64,000 bases of DNA, from assembly GCA_963700815.1 (NCBI GenBank), contig CAVOZM010000019.1, positions 38,840-102,839 of the forward strand, in the 5' to 3' direction. Positions 11,442 through 21,540 of this stretch are shown here, one piece after another. The notes beneath the pieces were generated by a model that saw only the letters and a list, made by a program, of their open reading frames with translations, was not told the DNA's origin and ran no database searches. Each line of letters begins with the position of its first letter. Within the stretch, counting starts at the first letter, position 1. The position numbers and the translations under genes are program-made. Source of the DNA: Pirellulaceae bacterium (GTDB lineage Bacteria; Planctomycetota; Planctomycetia; Pirellulales; Pirellulaceae).

Positions 11442-11652
11442 ATGTCAATCGACCAGATGCGTACCAACTATTCGATGGCGGGTCTATCAAGACAAGAGGT
11501 CGATCCCGATCCGATGGTTCAGTTTGCTCGTTGGTTCAACCAGGCGAATCAGCCAGATCAGCCTGAGTGGCTGGAAGTCAATGCGATGACTCTGGCGACC
11601 TCGGATCCGACGTCAGGGTGAATCGTGGAAGATCCTGCGACTGTCGCCGTAA
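11442..11652 (+). pseudogene. pdxH: Pyridoxamine 5'-phosphate oxidase remnant with large internal deletion
   Basis: N-terminus MSIDQMRTNYSMAGLSRQEVDPDPMVQFARWF...EVNAMTLAT runs directly into, in another frame, the PdxH-type C-terminus RRQGESWKILRLSP* (TAA 11650-11652). Confidence 0.85.
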
Positions 11653-11727
11653 CAAAATCGGGCAGCATGTTTTCAACGGCGCGTCGGCCGAGCTTTCTCC
11701 GTGCTCCGATCTTCCGGCACCCCGCTC

Positions 11728-14136
11728 TCACAGCATATCCATGGGATCCATGTCGATCACGTATTGTACGTCATCTTTTTCTGGGATCTTGAATGTCTCG
11801 GTCGCTCTGCGAATCGTCTCGCCAAGATGTGCCGCATCGACTGCCTGCAGCAACACGTGAAAACGATACTTGCCACGCAGTTTCGATATGGGTGGAGGTG
11901 CGGGACCTAGAATGCGTACTTCGTGCCCCAATTTTTGCTTGGCCGATTCAAGTTGTTCGACCAATGATTCAGCCGTCGCTTCGGTCACATCTTCGACTTC
12001 GCCACGAATGATGATTCGGGCGACGCTTCCGAGTGGCGGGTAGTTAAACTTTCGACGATTGACCAGTTCGTCGGTTGCAAATTGAACGTAGTCGTGTCGG
12101 GACGCAGCTTGGATCGCGGGGTGTTCCGGCGAAAACGTTTGCACGATCACACGTCCACCGCGGTCGCTACGTCCGGTGCGTCCGGCAACTTGGGTGACCA
12201 ACTGGAAGGTGCGTTCGGCCGCGCGGAAATCGGGAAAGTGCAGAGCACTATCGGCATTGATCACGCCAACCAACAAGACATTCGGAAAGTCCAAGCCTTT
12301 GGCAATCATCTGTGTGCCTAACAAAATATCGATTTGTCCGGCGCGAAATGCGGACAGGACTTTTTGATGGCTCCCCGGCCTGCGCATCGTGTCACTGTCC
12401 ATGCGGGCGATGCGCGCGCTGGCAAATCGTGCTTTGACTTCGACTTCCAAGCGTTGCGTTCCGATACCTCCGTATCGAATCCCCTCAAAGCGACAGGCCG
12501 GACACCATGGCGGCGTTGCAATCGTGTAGTCACAGTAATGGCAAACCGCTTTTCCGCCGTCGCGATGATGAGTCAACGGCATGTCACAATCGGGACAGGC
12601 AACCACGTGCCCACAGGCTGGGCATTGAATCGTGGTCGCAAAACCACGTCGATTCAGCAGCAAGATCACTTGGCCTTTTTCCTTCAGCGTCTCTTGAATT
12701 GCGGTCTGAAGTGGGCGGCTAATCGCTCCGGAGGTTCGATCCTCTCGCATTCGCAGATCGACCAGTTGTACATCCGGCATCGGTCGATGGTTGACCCGTG
12801 TCGGCATCGAAATCAGTTCCGCATGGCCGGTACTGGTTGCGTGCCAAGATTCCATCGACGGTGTGGCTGAGCCCAAGATCAACGGGACCTGAAGAGACTG
12901 TGTGCGAGCGAACGCGACTTTACGAGCGTGATATCTCGGTTGCGTGTCTTGCTTGAACGACGAGTCATGTTCTTCGTCCAAAATGATCAAACCGAGGCGG
13001 GGCAGGGGAGCGAAGACGGCGCTGCGGGGACCGACCACAACTTGAACTTCGCCGCGCCGGATACGTTGCCATTGATAGTGGCGTTCCGCTGGTGTCATTT
13101 GACTGTGCAACACCGCAACGGATGGAAATCGACTCTCGAAGCGACCTCGCGTTTGCGGCGTCAAGCTGATTTCGGGGACCAAGACGATCGCGCCGCGACC
13201 AAACTTAACCACATGTTCAATCGCGCGAATGTAGACTTCCGTCTTTCCGCTTCCGGTGACGCCATGCAACAACAACGTTCGCGGCTCGGCGGAATCAACC
13301 GCGGCAACGATCTTTTCCAATGCAACTCTCTGGTCGTTGGTCAGCGGATACAGTTTTTCCATTTCACCATCGCCCAGTTGCCAGCGCATCGGCAATCCGG
13401 TCGCCATTTCGCGCCGAACATCGGCAAGGATCAAGCCTTTTTGATGCAATCGATTGACGGGATCCTTGGTGCAACCCGCTTCGACCATCAATTGAGATGC
13501 GGTCATGGGTCGGCCAGCAGCAATCAGAAATCGGGCGACAGACTGTTGCTTTTTGGGAAGCGACCCAACGAAGTCATCGTTACTCAGTTGTTTGCAAGGC
13601 GTGTAATAGGTTCGCTCTCGAGTCCCCGCGGCGGCTCGGACACTCGAGGGAATCAGCGTATCGAACACTTGTCCGGCCGGAGCCAGATAGTAGTACGCCA
13701 TCCATAGGACCAGTCGTATCAATGGTTGATCACAGAGCGGTTCTTCATCCAGGACTTCGCTAACGTCTCGAAACGAACGTGCCGCGGACGAGGCAAGTTT
13801 CGTTTCGGTACACCATCCAGTGATCAGTTTGCGTCGTCGCCCCAACGGAACCTTGACGCGCATTCCAGGCTGCAACTGGTCTCGAAGCTGATCCGGTATG
13901 CGATAGTCATATGGCCCATAGGGTGCTTCACTAAAGACGACACTGGCGGTCGCCACGTCATCTTCGACCGCCAATTCCCAAGGGGGCGGCGCGGTTTCAA
14001 ACAGCTCCCCCTGGGCAGGCTGTGTATCGCTGTCACCATGGTTTTCCGGGATTTCGAGCGGGTCGCGATCCGATTGCATGTTGGACGAAACTGGAAGTGC
14101 AGAGTGATTGGCGAATGGGAGGTTGTCCGTCAACAT
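11728..14136 (-). CDS. priA: Primosomal protein N' (replication restart helicase)
   Basis: GVTGSGKTEVY, LVPEISLTPQ, DEEHD, two CxxC pairs zinc region, GTQMIAKGLDFP, QVAGRTGR. Confidence 0.97.
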   Translation of the reverse strand: MLTDNLPFANHSALPVSSNMQSDRDPLEIPENHGDSDTQPAQGELFETAPPPWELAVEDDVATASVVFSEAPYGPYDYRIPDQLRDQLQPGMRVKVPLGRRRKLITGWCTETKLASSAARSFRDVSEVLDEEPLCDQPLIRLVLWMAYYYLAPAGQVFDTLIPSSVRAAAGTRERTYYTPCKQLSNDDFVGSLPKKQQSVARFLIAAGRPMTASQLMVEAGCTKDPVNRLHQKGLILADVRREMATGLPMRWQLGDGEMEKLYPLTNDQRVALEKIVAAVDSAEPRTLLLHGVTGSGKTEVYIRAIEHVVKFGRGAIVLVPEISLTPQTRGRFESRFPSVAVLHSQMTPAERHYQWQRIRRGEVQVVVGPRSAVFAPLPRLGLIILDEEHDSSFKQDTQPRYHARKVAFARTQSLQVPLILGSATPSMESWHATSTGHAELISMPTRVNHRPMPDVQLVDLRMREDRTSGAISRPLQTAIQETLKEKGQVILLLNRRGFATTIQCPACGHVVACPDCDMPLTHHRDGGKAVCHYCDYTIATPPWCPACRFEGIRYGGIGTQRLEVEVKARFASARIARMDSDTMRRPGSHQKVLSAFRAGQIDILLGTQMIAKGLDFPNVLLVGVINADSALHFPDFRAAERTFQLVTQVAGRTGRSDRGGRVIVQTFSPEHPAIQAASRHDYVQFATDELVNRRKFNYPPLGSVARIIIRGEVEDVTEATAESLVEQLESAKQKLGHEVRILGPAPPPISKLRGKYRFHVLLQAVDAAHLGETIRRATETFKIPEKDDVQYVIDMDPMDML

Positions 14137-14298
14137 AGTGCATCACCGTCAAGAATCAAAAAGGGCACGCCAAAAAGGCCTGCTAAGAACGAGCAGCCGA
14201 TATCTCCTATGATCGGGGGGAACAGGGACACGTCTGGTCATGTCCGCTCGGGTGAACGGCATTGAAGTGAATCGCCCTGGCGATTGGGAATGGATCAA

Positions 14299-14910
14299 AT
14301 GATGCGAATTGGAATTTTTGGCGGATCGTTCGATCCCGTGCATATCGGACACCTATGGATCGCCGAGGCGGCACTGGAAAGTTTGCAGCTGGACGAGATC
14401 CGGTGGATCCCCGCAGCAACGTCGCCCTTGAAGCCTGGTGGTCCGATCGCCTCCAATGAGGATCGACTGCAGATGGTGCGACTCGCGGTTTCCGGTTGCC
14501 AGAAGCACGTGGTGGACGATCGTGAGATTGCGCGGGGAGATGTTAGCTACACGGTCGATACGTTGGAACAGATCGCTGCTGAACACACAGACGCCGAATT
14601 GTTTTTGATCATCGGAAGTGATTCACTGGCATCCTTTCCGCACTGGCGCAAGCCTGAGCGAGTGTTGGAACTGGCGACGCTTGCCGTGGTACGACGGGGG
14701 GGCAAACCCGAGATCGACTGGACCGTGCTCGCGGGACTAGCGGATCCGGAACGAATCGCTGCGTTTGCAGATCACGTCGTGTCGATGCCTGTGATCGAAC
14801 TCTCCAGCACAGGGCTACGCCGACGAATCTCGAAAGGGCAATCGATTCGGTTTCAAGTACCCAGGGCTGTCGAAGCGTTTATCGACGTCCAGAAACTGTA
14901 TCAAACGTAA
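14299..14910 (+). CDS. nadD: Nicotinate-nucleotide adenylyltransferase
   Basis: IGIFGGSFDPVHIGH, SYTVDTL, IIGSDS, ELSST.LR. Confidence 0.95.
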   Translation: MMRIGIFGGSFDPVHIGHLWIAEAALESLQLDEIRWIPAATSPLKPGGPIASNEDRLQMVRLAVSGCQKHVVDDREIARGDVSYTVDTLEQIAAEHTDAELFLIIGSDSLASFPHWRKPERVLELATLAVVRRGGKPEIDWTVLAGLADPERIAAFADHVVSMPVIELSSTGLRRRISKGQSIRFQVPRAVEAFIDVQKLYQT

Positions 14911-14921
14911 CTGTATCAAAC
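14894..14921 (+). repeat. 15-bp-period direct duplication spanning the nadD stop codon
   Basis: AACTGTATCAAAC-GT-AACTGTATCAAAC. Confidence 0.7.
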
Positions 14922-14956
14922 ATCGCTCTCGAACGCGGCTCAATCTGATTGCCGAA

Positions 14957-15715
14957 CTACTTCGCGCCGCGTCGCTGCTGGTTCAGCCACTGGTATAAAT
15001 CAGGCGTTGCATAGGCGGATGACCAACTGTTGTGCCCGACGCCTTCCAGGCTGGTGAATCGAACGGCTGTACCTCCAATCGCCTTGATCGCATCGACGAT
15101 GTCAGTCGTTCGTTTGATCGGGACAACTCCATCACTGTCTCCGTGAAAGGCCCAGATCGGTAAGTCCTTGAGCGTTTCAGCTCGGCTACCACTCGTGCCA
15201 CCACAGATCGGGACGACGGCGGCAAAACGGTCCGGATGTTCGGCTGCCAGACGCCATGATCCGAATCCACCCATGCTCAGCCCGGTCAGATAGATCCGGT
15301 CTGGGTCGACTTTCAATTCTGCGACAATCGAGTCCAATAGTTCCATCACCCTGGTTCGCTGCGTGTCCGAAGACCAATTGTCGGTCGTGGGGCATTGCGG
15401 TGAGACAATGATGTACGGCATTTCATCTCCCCTGGCAACAAGTTTTGGTGGCCCCCATTTAGCAACCAATGATAGTGGACCGTTGCTTTCGCCGCGGCCA
15501 TGCAAAAACAGCATCAACGGTAGCCGATCGTTGTCGTCATAATCTTTGGGCAGATACAGCAAGTACTCGACCTTTGCCCCATCACTCGTTTGAAACGCCA
15601 TTTCCACTTGACCGCCCGCCGTCGGTTTGGCGATCGGGGCAGTCTCTTGGCAGATTGCCTGTGGGGGGCAAACGAATCCCACGATGAGCAAAAGAATCGA
15701 GGCGCGGACTGACAT
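14957..15715 (-). CDS. Secreted alpha/beta hydrolase (phospholipase/carboxylesterase or peptidase-like)
   Basis: Signal peptide; FLHGRGE, GLSMGG nucleophile, FHGDSDGVVP, GVGHNSW. Confidence 0.85.
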   Translation of the reverse strand: MSVRASILLLIVGFVCPPQAICQETAPIAKPTAGGQVEMAFQTSDGAKVEYLLYLPKDYDDNDRLPLMLFLHGRGESNGPLSLVAKWGPPKLVARGDEMPYIIVSPQCPTTDNWSSDTQRTRVMELLDSIVAELKVDPDRIYLTGLSMGGFGSWRLAAEHPDRFAAVVPICGGTSGSRAETLKDLPIWAFHGDSDGVVPIKRTTDIVDAIKAIGGTAVRFTSLEGVGHNSWSSAYATPDLYQWLNQQRRGAK

Positions 15716-15875
15716 GGTGAATGCTCGCTTTCGTCAATTTGTTACGATTGTGTATTGGTAGACAATCCAATTCATCAGCGTAGCGGATCTTTGCTCCGGC
15801 CGTGATGCGTTTTCATTAGATCACGTTACAATCGTTCGCGGGGCAGGTCACTAAACGTTCTTTAGATCCGAGCCA

Positions 15876-16313
15876 ATGCAAGCCAATCGAAACATTTCCC
15901 GAATTGACCGTGAGACAACCGGGGGTGGATTTCTTGTCCGTGTGATGCGAAAGGGAAAGCGTGCCACGCAGTTGTTCTCCGATCTCGATTATGGCGGCAA
16001 ACGAAATGCGCTGGCCGCCGCCAAAGAGTATCGCGATGATCTCGAGAAAAAGATGCGAGGCTACACTGCCAAGCAGCTTTCGCAAAAGGAACGAACGAAC
16101 AACACATCTGGGACCGTTGGCGTCCGTAAAGTTTATGAAACCGACTATCGCTGGAAGTCCAAGCCCACCTATGGCTACTGGGTCGCACAATGGAGTCCCA
16201 AGAAAGGTGTTCGCAAAACGAAGCGATTCTCGATTGAAAAGTATGGCGAGAAAGAGGCCTACCGGTTAGCGGTGCAAGCGCGAAAGCGCGGCGTGGCGTC
16301 GATGGATGAGTAG
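15876..16313 (+). CDS. Tandem AP2-domain DNA-binding protein
   Basis: Two AP2-like units: LFSDLDYGGKRNALAAAKEYRD and NNTSGTVGV...WVAQW...KRFSIEKYGEKEAYRLAVQAR; highly basic. Confidence 0.8.
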   Translation: MQANRNISRIDRETTGGGFLVRVMRKGKRATQLFSDLDYGGKRNALAAAKEYRDDLEKKMRGYTAKQLSQKERTNNTSGTVGVRKVYETDYRWKSKPTYGYWVAQWSPKKGVRKTKRFSIEKYGEKEAYRLAVQARKRGVASMDE

Positions 16314-17910
16314 TCTCTTGCCCAACAAACAGAACCAATATCTTCGCCCGCTTGCTTTTTCAGGATTGCTGTTTATCGGACTGACCGTCGTCGGCGGTAT
16401 CTTGCGGTATTGGAACGGCGGCTTGTTTTGGGGCGGGTATTTGGCTGCCGCGTTCTTCTACTGCGTCATGTTTTTTCTCGGCTTGGCTGCTGCCAAAAAA
16501 AGCAATCATCAAACCAATGAAATGTTGTTAGCAGGTCGATCACTTCCGCTGGGAATGGCGCTGTTAACGATGACCGCGACGTGGGTTGGTGGCGGATTCA
16601 TCAATGGGACAGCCGAATCGGTCTACAGTTCGGGCATCGCCTGGGCGCAAGCACCCTGGGGTTATGCACTCAGTCTGATCGTTGGTGGACTATTGTTTGC
16701 ACGACCGATGCGACGGCGCAACTACACCACGATGCTGGATCCATTGGAAGATCGTTTCGGTCAGAAGATGGCCGGCCTGCTGTACCTGCCCGCTCTGCTG
16801 GGTGAAATCTTTTGGACGGCTGCGATTTTGACAGCGCTGGGTACGACATTCGGTCTGATCCTGGAGATCGATTTCAATTCGTCGATCATCATTAGCGCTG
16901 CGATTGCCATCGCCTACACATCGATCGGCGGCTTGCGCACTGTCGCGATGACCGACGTTTTTCAGTTGGCAATCTTGATATTAGGTCTGTACATCACTCT
17001 GCCATATGTCATCCCCGACGACGGACTCACTGCAGTTTGGCAGCGTTACGAGTCACAGTTGGGGGCCACCGCGGTTCCCTGGCCGTCCCGTGACTGGGGT
17101 GACGCGTACTACCTGTGGTGGGATAACGCATTGCTGTTGATTTTTGGGGGGATTCCCTGGCATGTCTACTTCCAACGCGTGTTGTCCAGCAAGACTGAAT
17201 CGATCGCACAATGGTTGTCGTTCGGTGCGGGCGGCCTGTGTCTTGTCGCGGCACTACCAGCCGTGTTGATCGGGATGGTCTGCGCGACGACGGATTGGTC
17301 GGCGCTGGGTCTGGATGGTCCCGAGAGTTCTGCCGTCGCCTTGCCGTATGTATTGAAGCATTTGGCCCCTCCATTGGTCGCCATCATTGGATTGGGAAGT
17401 TTGGCGGCCGCTGTGATGAGCAGTGTTGATTCATCGATCCTGTCCGCATCATCGATGGGAGCGTGGAATGTCTACCGCCCTTTTTTCTCTGGAGACCGCC
17501 AATCGGTCGGCCTTCATGTTGTCGTTCGGCGCCTGATTTGGATTGTTGGAATCACAGCGACGTTGATCGCGCTTCGTATTCAAAGCGTCTATGCGCTGTG
17601 GTTTTTATGTAGTGATTTTGTGTATTGCATTCTGTTTCCTCAGCTGGTCACGGCGATTTTTGACAGGCGGGCCAACGTGATTGGTAGCCTTTGTGGCTTT
17701 GTCGTGGCCGCCACCCTGCGAAGCGGTGGTGGTGAACCCGTGTTGGGTATTCCGACCTGGTTACCTTATCCGATGGTTGGTGCGGACGACGTTGTCAACT
17801 TTCCTTTTCGTACGACCAGTATGCTAGCCGGATTGTTCACCATCATGGTTGTTTCGCGGCTTACCGAGACGATCTCGCCGCCTCGGCCGTTGAGTTCACG
17901 ATCGCTTTAG
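16306..17910 (+). CDS. Sodium:solute symporter, high-affinity choline transporter (SLC5A7/CHT1)-like
   Basis: TMTATWVGGGFINGTAE, QAPWGYALSL, TMLDP, FGGIPWHVYFQRVLS, AAVMSSVDSSILSASSM, SDFVYCILFPQL, FPFRT; many TM segments. Confidence 0.85.
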   Translation: MSSLLPNKQNQYLRPLAFSGLLFIGLTVVGGILRYWNGGLFWGGYLAAAFFYCVMFFLGLAAAKKSNHQTNEMLLAGRSLPLGMALLTMTATWVGGGFINGTAESVYSSGIAWAQAPWGYALSLIVGGLLFARPMRRRNYTTMLDPLEDRFGQKMAGLLYLPALLGEIFWTAAILTALGTTFGLILEIDFNSSIIISAAIAIAYTSIGGLRTVAMTDVFQLAILILGLYITLPYVIPDDGLTAVWQRYESQLGATAVPWPSRDWGDAYYLWWDNALLLIFGGIPWHVYFQRVLSSKTESIAQWLSFGAGGLCLVAALPAVLIGMVCATTDWSALGLDGPESSAVALPYVLKHLAPPLVAIIGLGSLAAAVMSSVDSSILSASSMGAWNVYRPFFSGDRQSVGLHVVVRRLIWIVGITATLIALRIQSVYALWFLCSDFVYCILFPQLVTAIFDRRANVIGSLCGFVVAATLRSGGGEPVLGIPTWLPYPMVGADDVVNFPFRTTSMLAGLFTIMVVSRLTETISPPRPLSSRSL

Positions 17911-17985
17911 GTCGTTGCCATTGCAACTTTGCCGGCTCCGTTTATCTATACTGATTGGACACCCCATTTATCGAGGCCAAGCAAT

Positions 17986-19294
17986 ATGCGATTGATTCTT
18001 TCCATCACGGTTCTTTTGTGCGGATCTTGTTTTGCGAACGCCCAGCAATTCAAGGTCGGGTTTGCAAAACAAAACGTGACTCCCACCAGAGCGACACCGA
18101 TGTGGGGATATGGCGATCGCCACAATGCGCTGTCCACAGGTGTTCGGGATCCGTTGTGGGCCAAGGCTGTGGTGATTGACGTTGGGACCGAAAAATTGGC
18201 AATTGTAGGACTCGACCTGGGACGATCGCCTCGCGACGATCAGATGGAGCGGATTCGTAAAGCGGTAAAAGAACAAGCGGGCGTTGGACTGGTCATGGTC
18301 TCTGGCTCGCACACCCATCACGGCCCGGTGATTGAATTGTTGGATGAAGTCGGCAAGGGAAAAGGAGTTTATGACGATGCGGTTGCTTACGCTGCAGAAC
18401 TGGAATTGAAGATCATCGACGCGATCCTCGCTGCAGCCAAGAATGTTCAAGCTGCGAAGATTGGATGGGGGACGAAGATCGTCGACATGAATCGAAACCG
18501 TCACAGTAAAATTGAACCGAAGCCGACGGATCCGGAACTTGGCGTGATCCGATTTGACTCCCTTGACGGAGACCCAATCGCAGTCGTCGTCAACTTCGCC
18601 GCCCATCCGACGATGATCCCCAGTTCCGATCTGAGATTTTCGGCGGAATGGCCTGGGCAAATGGAAACCGCTGTGGAATCGGCGATGGGCTCGCCATGCG
18701 TTTTCATGCAAGGCGCATTCGGGTGATATGTCGGTCCGGACGACCGAGGAAACCAACACGATTGAAACCTTCGGCAAAGCGATGGCCGATCACGTCACTG
18801 AAGTTGCCGGCGCGGTCAAAACCAAGGTGCCGGAATCTCCTTCGCTTCAAGGGACGTACGATACGTTGCAATTCGATACGCGATTACCGTTTAACAATCC
18901 GATGCTTAGCATCGCGTTCAGCGCCGCATTCTTTCCGGAATTGGCTGGTGCATCAATGAACGATGAGTTGAGAAAGAACAAACTTTCTGCTCACTTGACA
19001 ACCGTTTTGGTCAACGGGCAACTAGCATTGGTCGGTGGGTCAGGCGAATTTTTTTGCGATCATTCCAATCGACTGAAGCAGCGATCGCGGGCTGACGAGA
19101 CATTCTTTTTCGGATACTGCAACGGCCACAATATGTACTTCCCAACCATCGAAGGGGCGGCCCAAGGTGGGTATGGTGCCGATCCAATGGTCAGTTGGGT
19201 AAGCCTGGGGGCGGGCGAGGAGATGATGAATCGAGCCTTGATCAACCTCTACACGATGTTGGGTAAGTACAAATTCTCGTTTCCCGGTTTGTAG
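17986..19294 (+). CDS. Neutral/alkaline ceramidase-like secreted protein (frameshift near 18720)
   Basis: Signal peptide; SHTHHGP, NFAAHPT, FMQGA-(S)GDMS across the shift, GEFF, GYCNGHNMYFPT. Confidence 0.8.
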
Positions 19295-19439
19295 CGTTCC
19301 GTTCATGCTTTCACGAACCCGCACATCGCCTAGATCCATAAAGTTTTCATCGGTTTTCAACACGGCCAGTTGAATCGCCCAACGCTACTTTGGCTGTTGG
19401 GAAAGTCGACACGTACGAACGGGCGGTCATGATTCGGCT

Positions 19440-19467
19440 GTGCGGATGATGGGTGCGGATGATGGGT
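19440..19467. repeat. 13-bp tandem duplication, intergenic
   Basis: GTGCGGATGATGG x2. Confidence 0.65.
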
Positions 19468-19643
19468 ACAGACATGGACCCGTCTGGTATGACGGGCGAG
19501 CCAGTCCGAGGTGATCTATTTTTGGCCCCCGGTACTCAGAGAATGGTCTTTGGTCGGCGGTCCCGGAAAATGGTACGATGATGTCTACCTTCGCGTTCGC
19601 AACGATCGCGAAGCGTCGATCCATTCCGGGAGAGCAGCAGACG

Positions 19644-20939
19644 ATGAACCAAATTTCTCGACGCACCGCCATTCAAACGACGACGTTTGCCGCCGCCACG
19701 GCGCTTGCCGGTGTCTCGCGAGCCGCCGATGATCAAAATAGACCGCTTCGTGCAGCGATGATTGGCGGTAGTCGAGGGCTAAGTGTCGCGAAAGAATTTC
19801 GCAGTGCCGGATTCGAAGTTTCGGTCGTATGTGATGTTGATGATGCGCGTCGCGAGCGTGCCCAAAAGGAGCTTGGCGCAAAAGTTGCCCACAGTGATTT
19901 GCGGAGAGTTCTGGATGACGATTCGATCGATGCAGTGATCGTGGCAACTCCAGATCATTGGCATGCGCCTGCGGCGATCATGGCGCTCGATGCTGGCAAG
20001 CACGTCTATGTTGAAAAACCTTGTGCGCACAACATTCGCGAAGGCCGTGCGTTGATCAACGCTGCCACGCGATCAAATAAAGTTGTTCAAGTCGGCACCC
20101 AAACGCGGAGCACACCCGCTCTGCAAAAAGCGATTGGACGACTTCACGAGGGTGGGATTGGCGATGTGAAAATCGCCCGCGTTTGGAATAGTCAACGCCG
20201 TAGCGACATCGGGCACAGGCAACCATCGGAGGCGCCCAAAGGATTTGACTATGACACCTGGGTGGGTCCTGCGCCAAAGCCTCCTTTTCAATCGAATCGA
20301 CATCACTACACCTGGCATTGGTGGTACGACTTTGGCACAGGGGACGCCGGGAACGATGGTGTTCATGAATTAGACGTTGCGACCTGGGGATTGAATGTAA
20401 AAACACATCCGAGGATCGCCAGCGGCCATGGCAGCAAGTTGTACTTTGATGATGACCAACAGTTTCCTGACACACAGCACGTTACATTCGAATATCCTGA
20501 TCCGTCGGGCGACCAACACAACAAGAAAATATTGGTCTTCGAGAATCGAATTTGGACACCGTACGGCGACCAGGGAATCGAAAACGGTGTCGGATTCTAC
20601 GGTACCGACGGCTACATGATTTTCGAGAAAAAGAGTGGCTATCGGATGTACGGTCCCAAAGGGGAGTTGCGCGAACAGGAGTCAGGCGATTTTTCAACGG
20701 TAGACCATGCTAGAAACTTTGCCGAAGCGATTCGAGAAGGCGTACCGATCAACGCGCCACCTGAAGCGGGACAGCTAGGTGCAAGTCTTGCTCATTTGGC
20801 CAACATCATTGCTCGGACTGGAGCCTCGAGCTTGACGTTCGATCCGGACAGCGAGCAGATCGTCGGCAATGAACTGGCGAATCAATACATCGGACGAAAG
20901 TATCGTGATGGCCACTGGGCCGTACCGGAGTTGAGTTGA
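19644..20939 (+). CDS. Tat-exported Gfo/Idh/MocA oxidoreductase
   Basis: SRRTAI Tat motif; VATPDHWH, HVYVEKP, QVGTQTRS, GVHELD. Confidence 0.92.
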   Translation: MNQISRRTAIQTTTFAAATALAGVSRAADDQNRPLRAAMIGGSRGLSVAKEFRSAGFEVSVVCDVDDARRERAQKELGAKVAHSDLRRVLDDDSIDAVIVATPDHWHAPAAIMALDAGKHVYVEKPCAHNIREGRALINAATRSNKVVQVGTQTRSTPALQKAIGRLHEGGIGDVKIARVWNSQRRSDIGHRQPSEAPKGFDYDTWVGPAPKPPFQSNRHHYTWHWWYDFGTGDAGNDGVHELDVATWGLNVKTHPRIASGHGSKLYFDDDQQFPDTQHVTFEYPDPSGDQHNKKILVFENRIWTPYGDQGIENGVGFYGTDGYMIFEKKSGYRMYGPKGELREQESGDFSTVDHARNFAEAIREGVPINAPPEAGQLGASLAHLANIIARTGASSLTFDPDSEQIVGNELANQYIGRKYRDGHWAVPELS

Positions 20940-21464
20940 TTAAGTTCCGCGAACTGCGCTGGCTAGTCGCAGCGTTTCATTGACCAATAATTCAAGGCGA
21001 TTGTGGATTTTTTCATCGGCCAGATGATCGCCTTCGAATGATTCACCGGTGGCGTAGATAAAGCGAGGCACGATGATGCAACGGAAATCGAGCATCAGGC
21101 TATTGGCTAGACCCATCGCCGACATATAGCTACTTTGTCCTCCGGCCGCCAACAACATGCCGACGACTTTACCGGTCCACGCCTGACCGGTCAATTCAAT
21201 CGCGTTCTTGATTGCCGCATTCACGTCATAGTTATAAACCGGAGACGCGATTAGAATTCCGTCGGCATCATTGACCAGTTGTGCGAAAGCTTGGACGTTC
21301 GGATGGCCGTACGCGGTCGCTCCGTCGCATTGTGGCAGAGTTGTTTCGGCGAGGTCAAAGAATACCGCTTCTTCGCGCAGCCCGTCGAGTTGATCGATGC
21401 ACGCACGCGCCAGAATCCGGCTGCGGCTATTGGGATGCAACGAAGAGCTGATCACGAGGATCAT
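20940..21464 (-). CDS. NADPH-dependent FMN reductase
   Basis: ISSSLHPNSRS, ASPVYNYDV...KNAIE flavodoxin-like fold. Confidence 0.88.
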   Translation of the reverse strand: MILVISSSLHPNSRSRILARACIDQLDGLREEAVFFDLAETTLPQCDGATAYGHPNVQAFAQLVNDADGILIASPVYNYDVNAAIKNAIELTGQAWTGKVVGMLLAAGGQSSYMSAMGLANSLMLDFRCIIVPRFIYATGESFEGDHLADEKIHNRLELLVNETLRLASAVRGT

Positions 21465-21540
21465 AGGGAACGCCGTCAATCGGGAGCTTGAAGTTAGGAA
21501 ACAGCCTAGATCCTAAACGCTAGAGCCAATACTCTAAAGC

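Noticed and set aside
12334-14265. Long antisense ORFs (e.g. 12928-13707; also 17968-18777 and 60669-61373)
   Set aside because: Shadow frames of well-supported genes in GC-rich DNA with no recognisable motifs
15876-16313. HNH-AP2 homing endonuclease
   Set aside because: No HNH motif and no intron or intein context
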